NCBI GenBank assembly: GCA_043800755.1
Contig: JAZDMQ010000145.1
Span: 1-26,557 of the forward strand
Reading direction: 5' to 3'
DNA from: a bacterium
GTDB taxonomy: Bacteria; Methylomirabilota; Methylomirabilia; CAVQYV01
Length of the DNA stretch: 26,557 nt
The notes under the pieces were generated by a model. The model did no database searches. It worked only from the letters and a program-made list of their open reading frames with translations, and had not been told where the DNA came from. The translations under genes and the position numbers were made by a program. Of the stretch, positions 1 to 7,710 are shown in pieces. The first letter of the stretch is position 1. Each line of letters starts with the position of its first letter.

Positions 1-60
1 CGCTTTCAACGCGCGAGCAATGCTTGGATTCAAATGGAAGAGGGGAGGAACCCAACATCC

Positions 61-2697
61 ATGAAAACTACCAAGTTTCTTTCAATCGCCTTAATTTCCG
101 CTGTTGTTCTTGCGGCCGCCTATTTCCTTGTCTATAGACACAAACAGACGCTGGCCCCACCCACCGAGGGTTCCATCGAAAATCAGCGACAGGGGGATTC
201 GCCGGCTCTCTCGGGCAAGGAACAAACCTATATTGTCGCCTCTGACTATGTCTTCATCCGACGAGACTCGAGTGTCCGTTCGCCGGAAGAAGACCTCTCC
301 TACCAACAACTGCAAGAGAAGGATCCCAAGGATTTGGCCCCTTGCCTCTACTACGGAGAAAGCGTCATGGGCGAGGCTGATCCCACCCGTCCAGATGTCA
401 TAGTTCTCCGCACCCCAGTTCAGGGATATGCGGATGCAAAGAAATTCTGGCTTCAACCGCCCCTTGATCCCGTCGAGACGGCCCGCTACATGTGCGTGAG
501 GGATTCGGTCAAGGTGTATGTCGTGCCGGACAAGGGGGCCAAGGAGGCCCTCGCTCTGAAACAGGGGGAAGTGGTGGAGGCAGACGGGAAATTGAATATC
601 AACAACGCTTCCTGGATCAGGGCACCTTTCAACGCCACGGACAGGCCACGCCGTGGTTTTATTCTGACTTCGGATTTGACCCCTTTGGTAACGGGAAAAG
701 TCAATGAATCACATGTAGCCTTACCAGAAATCCCGTCATCCATCAGGGATTCGAATCTGTTGTTGACCGTTAGAGAAAGGCAAAAACTGTCAAATCATGG
801 TTTCTATATCGAAGAAATTCCTCCCCTGGAATATATCGAGACCGATGACATGGCAGATCGTTACAGGAGGGACGATGCAGGGCAACAGTTTTTCATCACT
901 TCAGATCTTTACCTCCATGTCTTTCACCTGATCTTCGATCGGATGCTCCAGGACATCGAGGAAATCAAAATCTGCCCCCGGGTCCAGTCTATGGCGGCCA
1001 ACCTGGCCAAAGCGGCGGCGGAGGAGTTCAAACTTCATGGCAATTCATCTCCGGTCGTAAAGGAAGCCTTGCTCCACAATCTTATCTATTTCTCTGTCGC
1101 GGCAAAACTTATTGATCCGAAGTTCGCATCTTTGGACATCGTCTCCACCGATGTGGATGCTCTGGTGAAATCGATCCAAACCGCCTCCGGCCCCATCCCT
1201 TCCCTGAAAAACCCGGTATCCCTCGGGAAGGAGGATTTTACCCAGTACAAGGTTCGGGGGCATTACGAGAAGAACAAGACCCTTCAGCGCTACTTTCGGG
1301 GCATGATGTGGTTCGGCCGACACAGTTTCCTGCTATCGGATAAGACGAAGACCGTTGCCGCCATTCTGATCCCCGGCCTCGTCAAGCAAGCCAAGGAGAT
1401 GGAGACCGTGGACCGTCTGAACGGCCTTTTCTCCTATCTGGTGGGCCAAGAGGACGATTACACTCTTTGGGGCTATAGGAAGGTCAACAAGGAAGTGTTC
1501 GGGACAGAAACACCGACACCCAAGGACCTGTCAGCCGATCTCGAAGGAAAGCTCGATGCCTTTCAAAAGGCGGTTCCCCGCCTTCTGCCCTCCCCCAAGA
1601 TCGTATCTATGCAGACCGGCCTGAACAAAACCCAGGAGGAGCGGCTCCGCATGACCGCAGGCTTCAAATTCTTTGGTCAACGCTTCACCTGGGATGCCTA
1701 TATCTTTAACCAGCTTACCTCTCCCAGTGTAGGGAACAACGACAATCCCAGGAACCTGCCTTCCGCCCTGGACGCCATGATGCTGATCGGCTCCTCGGCC
1801 GCCAGGATCGTACAGCAAGAGGAACAGAGGAAACATCGTTGGGTCAATTATGATCAGCAAGTCGCGAAAGTCGAGCGCGAGGTGGATGGACAGCTCGCAA
1901 AGCGGTCCACTTTCTATGATGACTGGCTTTACTCGATCAGCACCTTGTTTCAGCCCCTCCGGAGCCGGCAGCTCTTCGTTCTTTCGGAGCCGTGGCCGTA
2001 CAAGAGCCTTAACGCCGGTGTGGCCTCCTGGACGGAGCTGAAACACGATACCATCCTTTATTCCAAGCAGTCCGCCGCGGAGGCCGGAGAGGGAGAGGTA
2101 TTCGAGGTTCCCCCGTACGAGCCACCCGACCCGAAAGGGTATGTGGAGCCCAACCCTGTTTTCTTTAGTCAAATCGCAAACTTGGCAGGGGAGATCGCAG
2201 CCAAGCTCAAAGCGTCCGATTTCATCACCGAAGAGTACTTTGACAAATGGGAGCAGTTCAAAGAATTAGCACAGAGGGCGGGCCAGATTGCCGAGAAGGA
2301 AGTGAAAGGTGAATCCATTACCCGAGAAGACTACCAATGGATTCGAGAGATGCGAAATTCGCTGAACAGGGGATTGTTGCTCCCTCGCGATACAGGTGAG
2401 ATTATTGAAACCAAGGATCTGCAGATGGCCCTCATTGCTGACGTGGCCACGGACTATTTTGCCGGGCGTGTCCTGGAGGTGGGGACCGGTGTGCCGCAGA
2501 GAATGGTGGTGGTCTGCAAGGATGCCTGCGGAGGAACCAGGCTCACGGTGGGGTATGTCTATTCCTGGTACGAATTCCCTTCCGCCAAGAGATGGACGGA
2601 TACAGAATGGAAGGAAGTGGTTTATGGCCCAAGGGGGAAAGAAAGGACCGCCTTGGGGATCCAGTCACCTGGCTGGTATGATAAGTTCAGAAAATAA
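61..2697 (+). CDS. DUF3160 domain-containing exported/membrane-anchored protein with N-terminal SH3-like region
   Basis: GGAGG upstream of ATG 61 (the track starts at 34). N-terminal hydrophobic anchor FLSIALISAVVLAAAYFLV. DUF3160-type motifs FITSD..LH..H, EDFTQYKVRGHY, YFRGMMWFG, ASWTELKHDTILYSKQS, GYVEPNP, IADVAT, GYVYSWYEF. Confidence 0.85.
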   Translation: MKTTKFLSIALISAVVLAAAYFLVYRHKQTLAPPTEGSIENQRQGDSPALSGKEQTYIVASDYVFIRRDSSVRSPEEDLSYQQLQEKDPKDLAPCLYYGESVMGEADPTRPDVIVLRTPVQGYADAKKFWLQPPLDPVETARYMCVRDSVKVYVVPDKGAKEALALKQGEVVEADGKLNINNASWIRAPFNATDRPRRGFILTSDLTPLVTGKVNESHVALPEIPSSIRDSNLLLTVRERQKLSNHGFYIEEIPPLEYIETDDMADRYRRDDAGQQFFITSDLYLHVFHLIFDRMLQDIEEIKICPRVQSMAANLAKAAAEEFKLHGNSSPVVKEALLHNLIYFSVAAKLIDPKFASLDIVSTDVDALVKSIQTASGPIPSLKNPVSLGKEDFTQYKVRGHYEKNKTLQRYFRGMMWFGRHSFLLSDKTKTVAAILIPGLVKQAKEMETVDRLNGLFSYLVGQEDDYTLWGYRKVNKEVFGTETPTPKDLSADLEGKLDAFQKAVPRLLPSPKIVSMQTGLNKTQEERLRMTAGFKFFGQRFTWDAYIFNQLTSPSVGNNDNPRNLPSALDAMMLIGSSAARIVQQEEQRKHRWVNYDQQVAKVEREVDGQLAKRSTFYDDWLYSISTLFQPLRSRQLFVLSEPWPYKSLNAGVASWTELKHDTILYSKQSAAEAGEGEVFEVPPYEPPDPKGYVEPNPVFFSQIANLAGEIAAKLKASDFITEEYFDKWEQFKELAQRAGQIAEKEVKGESITREDYQWIREMRNSLNRGLLLPRDTGEIIETKDLQMALIADVATDYFAGRVLEVGTGVPQRMVVVCKDACGGTRLTVGYVYSWYEFPSAKRWTDTEWKEVVYGPRGKERTALGIQSPGWYDKFRK

Positions 2698-2702
2698 GTC
2701 CT

Positions 2703-3587
2703 ATGCGAATTGTTATTCTTTTTTTGGCTTTCTTGGTTCTCCCATCTTCTCCCCTATCCGCCCGGAGCTGGCATTACTCTTTCTGGAGCGATAATCCTCA
2801 GAAGTATCTCGAAGTCATAGACAGCCAACCCGCTCCCCCAATAAGGCCGCATCCGGGGATCTTCCGGGCTGGGATCGTCACCCACCATTTTCTGGCTCAC
2901 CGCCTCATGGTTGATTTTTTTCAGTGCCTGAAGATCTGTTCCTCGCCGAAAAAAATCTTCCTGATCGGGCCCAACCATTATTATCAGGGCACGCAACCCG
3001 TCAGCCTTTCGTCGCTCCCCTGGAAGACCCCCTTCGGGTCTTTGAGGACGGATCGTTCTTTGGTCGCCAGAATGAAAACACGGCTGGGCTTGCCCGAAGA
3101 TCCCGATGCCTTCAGCGGAGAACATTCTCTGGGTGTCTTGATCCCCTTTGTAAAATTCTATTTTCCCGATTCCAAGATCGTCCCTGTTCTTCTCAAGCCT
3201 GATGTACCGGAGCCCATGTTGGAAAGGTTTGGTGACCAATTATTGGAGTTTCTTGGCCAGCCGAGCCATGTCATCATTCTCAGCATGGACTTTTCCCATG
3301 ACTGTCCATCGGAAACGGCGGATGCCGCCGACCAAGCCGCTCAAGAAGCGATCACCTTCTTGCGAGACGGTCAGACCTCCACCCTCCATGTGGACTGTCG
3401 CAGCGGTCTCCGTGCCCTTCTCAAAACACTCCGCAGGTTGGACAATATCCAGGCCGATTTCAGAGATCACACGAATTCTGCGATATTGACAGGCCATAGG
3501 GACCAAACCAATGTGACCAGCTATTTCACCATCTTTTTCCTGCAACGATCTCAACCTTCTTCTTCTCTAAGCTTGAACAATCGATGA
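2703..3587 (+). CDS. MEMO1-family (AmmeMemoRadiSam system protein B-like) protein with signal peptide
   Basis: Motifs GIVTHH, LIGPNHY, WKTPFG, EHSLG.LIPF, IVPVL, SMDFSH, VDC, TSYF. N-terminal Sec-like peptide MRIVILFLAFLVLPSSPLSA. Starts 5 bp after the DUF3160 stop. Confidence 0.8.
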   Translation: MRIVILFLAFLVLPSSPLSARSWHYSFWSDNPQKYLEVIDSQPAPPIRPHPGIFRAGIVTHHFLAHRLMVDFFQCLKICSSPKKIFLIGPNHYYQGTQPVSLSSLPWKTPFGSLRTDRSLVARMKTRLGLPEDPDAFSGEHSLGVLIPFVKFYFPDSKIVPVLLKPDVPEPMLERFGDQLLEFLGQPSHVIILSMDFSHDCPSETADAADQAAQEAITFLRDGQTSTLHVDCRSGLRALLKTLRRLDNIQADFRDHTNSAILTGHRDQTNVTSYFTIFFLQRSQPSSSLSLNNR

Positions 3588-3632
3588 TGTCCCTGAACCA
3601 TGGGGTCTCGATGCAAGTCGGGAAAAATGTCG

Positions 3633-3660
3633 TTGAAAAATTCCATAAACACGATAAACT
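3633..3660 (+). promoter_or_regulatory. putative sigma70 promoter for the molybdopterin oxidoreductase operon
   Basis: TTGAAA (3633-3638), 16 bp spacer, TAAACT (3655-3660) in an AT-richer intergenic stretch. Confidence 0.45.
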
Positions 3661-3814
3661 AAGGCGACGCAAAAGGGGACATCGGTTCTGAGATCCGTTA
3701 TCGAGTCTTTAGGACCAACCTCCCCGCATTTGAGAATTCCTCGCAGATCTGCTGGGGGAGCTTCAAGGGAGGCACATCATTCCGAAATTCACGTACTCCA
3801 ACGCCCCACGGGAA

Positions 3815-5944
3815 ATGGAAGTTTACGGATATGACTCCGTGGTCAAAAGCCATTGTCGGATGTGCCATGGTGGCTGCGGGGTCTTGGTCTACCTCAAGGG
3901 CGGCAAGGTGGCCAAGATTGCCGGGGACCCGGATTGTCCCATCAATCATGGCACCTTGTGCAGCAAAGGGATTGCCTCCGCCCAGCTTGCTTATCATCCC
4001 GATCGATTGACCCATCCGGTTCGCCGCATTGGGCCCAAGAGCAGCGGCCGCTGGGAACGCATCACCTGGGACGAGGCGCTGGATAACATCGCCGAACGGA
4101 TTCTGGATTACAGGGCCCGATTCGGTGCCGAATCCATCGTCATGGGATACGGAACCGGCAGAGAGAACGAGGCGGTCATTTACCGGTTCGCCAACCTGCT
4201 GGGGACGCCCAATGTGTTGACGGCGGGGCATTTTTGCTACGGCCCGCGCATCGCCACCGGAATTATCACTTGTGGCTCCAATCCCATTGTGGACTATGAA
4301 AACCATCCCCGATGCATCCTGCTCTGGGGCAATAATCTGGTCATCAGCAACCCGGATGAATACAAGGGAGAGGCCTTTTCGGTGAGTCTGGACCAGGGAG
4401 CCAAGTTGATCGTTGTCGACCCCCGTCTGACTCGGGCGGCTGCACGGGCCGATATCTGGCTTCAGTTGAGGCCGGGAACGGATACGGCCCTTGCCTTGGG
4501 CATGCTTCACGTAATTATAAATGAGGCGCTTTACGATAAGGAGTTCGTGGACAAATACGTTCACGGCTGGGAGCCCTTTGTCCGGCGGATACAGGAATAC
4601 CCGCCAGAGAAGGCAGCCAAGATTACCTGGGTCCCAGAAAATAAAATCATCGATGCGGCCCGCCTTTATGCGACCACCAAACCAGCCGGTATTCAGTGGG
4701 GCGTTGCCATTGAGCAGCAAATCAATTGTGCCGACAATGATCGGATTCTCATGGCCATGATGGGAATCACCGGCAACCTCGATGTATCCGGCGGCCAGGT
4801 CTTGTTTCGCCCCCCGAAAATCCGCAGTGTGAGCGCTTTTGGTGCCCACAACCTGCTCCCGGAGAAACAGGCGAGCAAAAGGCTCGGCGGTGATCGGTTT
4901 CGATTGGCCGGAAACTTCGGAATCATCAATCCCAAGTGCGTATGGGATGCCATCATCGAGGAAAAGCCCTACCCGGTGAAGATGCTTTTCCTCATCAGCA
5001 CCAACCCGCTCTTGACCCGCGCCAACGCCAAAGAAGTACGCCGGGCTTTGGAACGAGTTGAATTCATGGTGGTTTCCGATTTCTTTCTTACTCCCACGGC
5101 GGAGCTGGCCGATATCGTACTCCCCTCGGCCACCTGGCTGGAGATGGACTATATTGGCGATTATTGGAAACGGCATGGATATCTCCTTCCCCGCCGAAAG
5201 GTAATTCAAGTAGGAGAGTGCCGATCGGACCATGAGATGTTGAATGATCTTGCTCACCGGGTGGGCCAAGGAGACCATTGGTGGGATACCTTCGAAGACG
5301 GCCTGGATTACATCCTGGAGCCCGTGGGGTTGACTTGGCAAGATTTCAAAAAGATGGATCATATCCGGGGGGAAATTCAGTATCAAAAATACAAAGAAAA
5401 AGGATTCTCCACCCCAACGGGAAAGCTTGAGATCTATTCGACCCTCCTCGAAAAATGGGGCTATGATCCCCTGCCTCAGTTTTACGAGCCTCCGGAAAGC
5501 CCCTATAGCACACCTGATCTCTACCAAGATTATCCCTACATCCTGATCACCGGAAGACGGCTGCCGGGCTTTTTCCATACGGAAAACCGACAAATTCCCT
5601 GGTTGCGCGAGCTACACAGCAACCCCACGGTGGAGATTCATCCTGAAGCCGCCAAAAAAGAAGGCATTGATGAAGGGGATTGGGTGATCATCGAATCGCC
5701 GCGAGGAAAGGTGAGGCAGCGGGCGAAACTGTTCGAAGGCATGGACCGGCGGGTTATTTCGGCGGAGCATGGGTGGTGGTTCCCTGAAAACAGAGATCCT
5801 GGACATGGATGGGATGAATCCAATATCAACATCCTCACCGACAATTCTTTCGACCACTGTGACCCGGCTATGGGCGCCACGCCTGTCAGGACCCTTCTGT
5901 GCAAGATTTATCGGGAGAAAGAAGAAGGGGGGAGCCGTTCATGA
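3815..5944 (+). CDS. Mo/W-bisPGD (DMSO reductase superfamily) oxidoreductase, acetylene-hydratase-like, cytoplasmic
   Basis: [4Fe-4S] motif CRMCHGGC...CSKG, YHPDRLTHP, WERITWDEAL, putative Cys ligand AGHFCYGP, ADIWLQLRPGTD, TAELADIVLPSATWLE, C-terminal molydop-binding domain (HTENRQ, IHPEAA, WVIIESPRG). No twin-Arg signal. The true start may be ATT at 3779 (see findings). Confidence 0.9.
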   Translation: MEVYGYDSVVKSHCRMCHGGCGVLVYLKGGKVAKIAGDPDCPINHGTLCSKGIASAQLAYHPDRLTHPVRRIGPKSSGRWERITWDEALDNIAERILDYRARFGAESIVMGYGTGRENEAVIYRFANLLGTPNVLTAGHFCYGPRIATGIITCGSNPIVDYENHPRCILLWGNNLVISNPDEYKGEAFSVSLDQGAKLIVVDPRLTRAAARADIWLQLRPGTDTALALGMLHVIINEALYDKEFVDKYVHGWEPFVRRIQEYPPEKAAKITWVPENKIIDAARLYATTKPAGIQWGVAIEQQINCADNDRILMAMMGITGNLDVSGGQVLFRPPKIRSVSAFGAHNLLPEKQASKRLGGDRFRLAGNFGIINPKCVWDAIIEEKPYPVKMLFLISTNPLLTRANAKEVRRALERVEFMVVSDFFLTPTAELADIVLPSATWLEMDYIGDYWKRHGYLLPRRKVIQVGECRSDHEMLNDLAHRVGQGDHWWDTFEDGLDYILEPVGLTWQDFKKMDHIRGEIQYQKYKEKGFSTPTGKLEIYSTLLEKWGYDPLPQFYEPPESPYSTPDLYQDYPYILITGRRLPGFFHTENRQIPWLRELHSNPTVEIHPEAAKKEGIDEGDWVIIESPRGKVRQRAKLFEGMDRRVISAEHGWWFPENRDPGHGWDESNINILTDNSFDHCDPAMGATPVRTLLCKIYREKEEGGSRS

Positions 5945-6396
5945 GCCGCTATTCGCTTTGGTTCGACGAAGAAGCGTGCTGGGGATGCAAGACCTGTGAA
6001 GTCGCGTGCAAACAGGAGTGCAATCTTCCCTACGGCGTCAGATTGATCTCAGTGATGGAAGATGGCCCGAGAATCGTCGACGGTAATCCATTTCTTGTGT
6101 ATCGGGTAAATGTCTGCAGACACTGCGATGAGCCTGCCTGCGCGGAAGTTTGTCCTGGGGGGGCGATAACCAAGAGGCCGGACGGAATCGTGGTCCTGGA
6201 TGAGAAGAAGTGTTCGGGCTGCCAAACATGTATGGATAACTGCCCCTACCAAACCATTGACTTTGACCTGGGTCAAGGCACAGCACGAAAATGCAACCTT
6301 TGCCACCACCGGGTGGAAAAGGGACTCATTCCGGCCTGCGCGGATAATGTTTGCTTATCCCATTGCATTCATTTTGTAGAAAAGGATGAGATTTAG
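5941..6396 (+). CDS. 4Fe-4S dicluster electron-transfer subunit (DmsB/NrfC-like)
   Basis: CWGCKTCEVAC, CRHCDEPACAEVCP, CSGCQTCMDNCP, KCNLC...PAC...C. ATG 5941 overlaps the upstream TGA (ATGA coupling). Confidence 0.9.
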   Translation: MSRYSLWFDEEACWGCKTCEVACKQECNLPYGVRLISVMEDGPRIVDGNPFLVYRVNVCRHCDEPACAEVCPGGAITKRPDGIVVLDEKKCSGCQTCMDNCPYQTIDFDLGQGTARKCNLCHHRVEKGLIPACADNVCLSHCIHFVEKDEI

Positions 6397-6470
6397 CCTC
6401 ATGGGCTCCCAGGGCCTCAGGACCGGGGCATCGGCCATCATCACAACCTGGCCGCAGATGTCGTGCGCTG

Positions 6471-6572
6471 GTGAACTCTTGCTTTTTGTATGGGGGCTTT
6501 CATCGGGTTTGTCCAACTGGAATCAGCATTGAGGCTTTTTCTCGGGAGAGAATGAAGAGGTACGACGGATGA
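6471..6572 (+). pseudogene. remnant of the 3' end of an Fe-S protein gene
   Basis: Frame reads VNSCFLYGGFHRVCPTGISIEAFSRERMKRYDG*, i.e. CxxCxxCxxxCP with Cys2 as TAT and Cys3 as TTT, each one base from TGT. Its TGA overlaps the mobA ATG. Confidence 0.5.
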
Positions 6573-7276
6573 TGCCTGCTGGACTCAAGAGGTGCCAGAT
6601 TGCGGCCGGCGTTCTTGCGGGGGGCCGTGGGAAGCGTTTCGGCGGGAGGCCTAAGGGACTCCTGCAAGTCGCGCCGGGCATTTGCATCATGGAAACGCAA
6701 GTGGCAGAGCTGGCTTCTTCCGGCGTTGAGGAGGTGATCATCCTTGCGAACGACCCCCTACCCTACAGAGCGTTCGGACCCAACATCGTTCCGGACCTGA
6801 GGGTAGGCACGGGGCCGCTGGGAGGAATCGAGGCCGCGGTTTCCTATTATGCAAGCCGGTTCAAAGCCACCCTTTTTCTACCCTGCGACCTGCCCGGCAT
6901 CACCGCCGGGCAGATAAGAATCTTGAAAGATAGCTTCGTGAAGGCGAGGGCGGGCGTAGCCGTTGCGGTAACCGAGGGAGCCTTGTGGGAGCCCTTGTGC
7001 GCCGTCGTCGATAACCGGCTCCTGCCTGCCATCAGTGAGGCCATCGAAGAGGGAAAACGCAAGGTGGGGGAAGTTTGGCAGAATCTGGAGGTGGCATTCG
7101 TCCACTTTTCTGATCCAGAGCCGTTTTTCAATGTGAACACCCCAATGGATTTGCTCTCCTGGCTTACAGACCAGGGAAGGCAAAATGAAAGCCGGAATAC
7201 GAAGGGAAAGGGCAGGATTGCGGGGGGAAGGAAAGGAGTCGCGTCTGGGGGAAGAAAGGACGGACGTTGTTTCTAA
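6569..7276 (+). CDS. mobA: molybdenum cofactor guanylyltransferase
   Basis: VLAGGRGKRFGG..KGLL, GPLGGIEAA, LPCDLP, EPLCAV, FFNVNTP.DL. Adjacent to a bisPGD enzyme. Low-complexity basic C-terminal tail. Confidence 0.85.
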   Translation: MMPAGLKRCQIAAGVLAGGRGKRFGGRPKGLLQVAPGICIMETQVAELASSGVEEVIILANDPLPYRAFGPNIVPDLRVGTGPLGGIEAAVSYYASRFKATLFLPCDLPGITAGQIRILKDSFVKARAGVAVAVTEGALWEPLCAVVDNRLLPAISEAIEEGKRKVGEVWQNLEVAFVHFSDPEPFFNVNTPMDLLSWLTDQGRQNESRNTKGKGRIAGGRKGVASGGRKDGRCF

Positions 7277-7307
7277 GACACGCTATTAAGTTAGAACTAA
7301 CCCATGG

Positions 7308-7637
7308 ATTGTCCCGGCAGTCAAACGCTTTGATGTCTATCTCGTCAATCTTGATCCGACGATTGGCCGCGAGATCCAGAAAACCCGCCCATCCCTCGTA
7401 GTTTCACCGGATGAAATCAATCAGCACATCGCCACGGTCATTTTGGCGCCAATAACCACGAGGGAAAGGTCGAACCCGATGCGGGTTCCTTGTCGGTTTC
7501 AAGGAAAGGAAGGACAGGTGGTTCTCGGTCAACTGCGAACCATGGATAAGGTGCGACTCGTGCGGGGGCTGGGCCGGATTAGCACAAAGGCCCAGGGTGA
7601 GATTCTGAGAGTGCTTGCGGAAATGTTTGTTGAATGA
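7308..7637 (+). pseudogene. mazF: PemK/MazF family toxin, lacking a canonical start (probable pseudogene)
   Basis: In frame from 7320: VKRFDVYLVNLDPTIGREIQKTRPSLVVSPDEINQHIATVILAPITT...GQVVLGQLRTMDKVRL. No in-frame ATG/GTG/TTG between TAA 7287-7289 and the domain start. ATG 7304 is out of frame. The usual RPC and DQ motifs read RPS and GQ. Confidence 0.8.
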
Positions 7638-7666
7638 AGCCGCTTAATGACATATGAAGATGTGAC

Positions 7667-7701
7667 CCTCCTCCACTCCTCCTCCACTCGCCTCCTCCCT
7701 C
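7667..7701. repeat. short tandem repeat CCTCCTCCACT x2 plus a degenerate third copy
   Basis: cctcctccact cctcctccact cg cctcctccctc. On the minus strand this is three GGAGGAGG motifs right after the RND stop. Confidence 0.7.
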
Positions 7702-7710
7702 TTTTTTCGC

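Noticed and set aside
3698..5593. 631-aa antisense ORF
   Set aside because: Mirror of the molybdopterin oxidoreductase. No recognisable motifs; typical GC-rich shadow ORF.
6468..6484. sigma54-like TGG...TTGC upstream of mobA
   Set aside because: GG-to-GC spacing is 9, not the required 10, and it lies within the Fe-S remnant.
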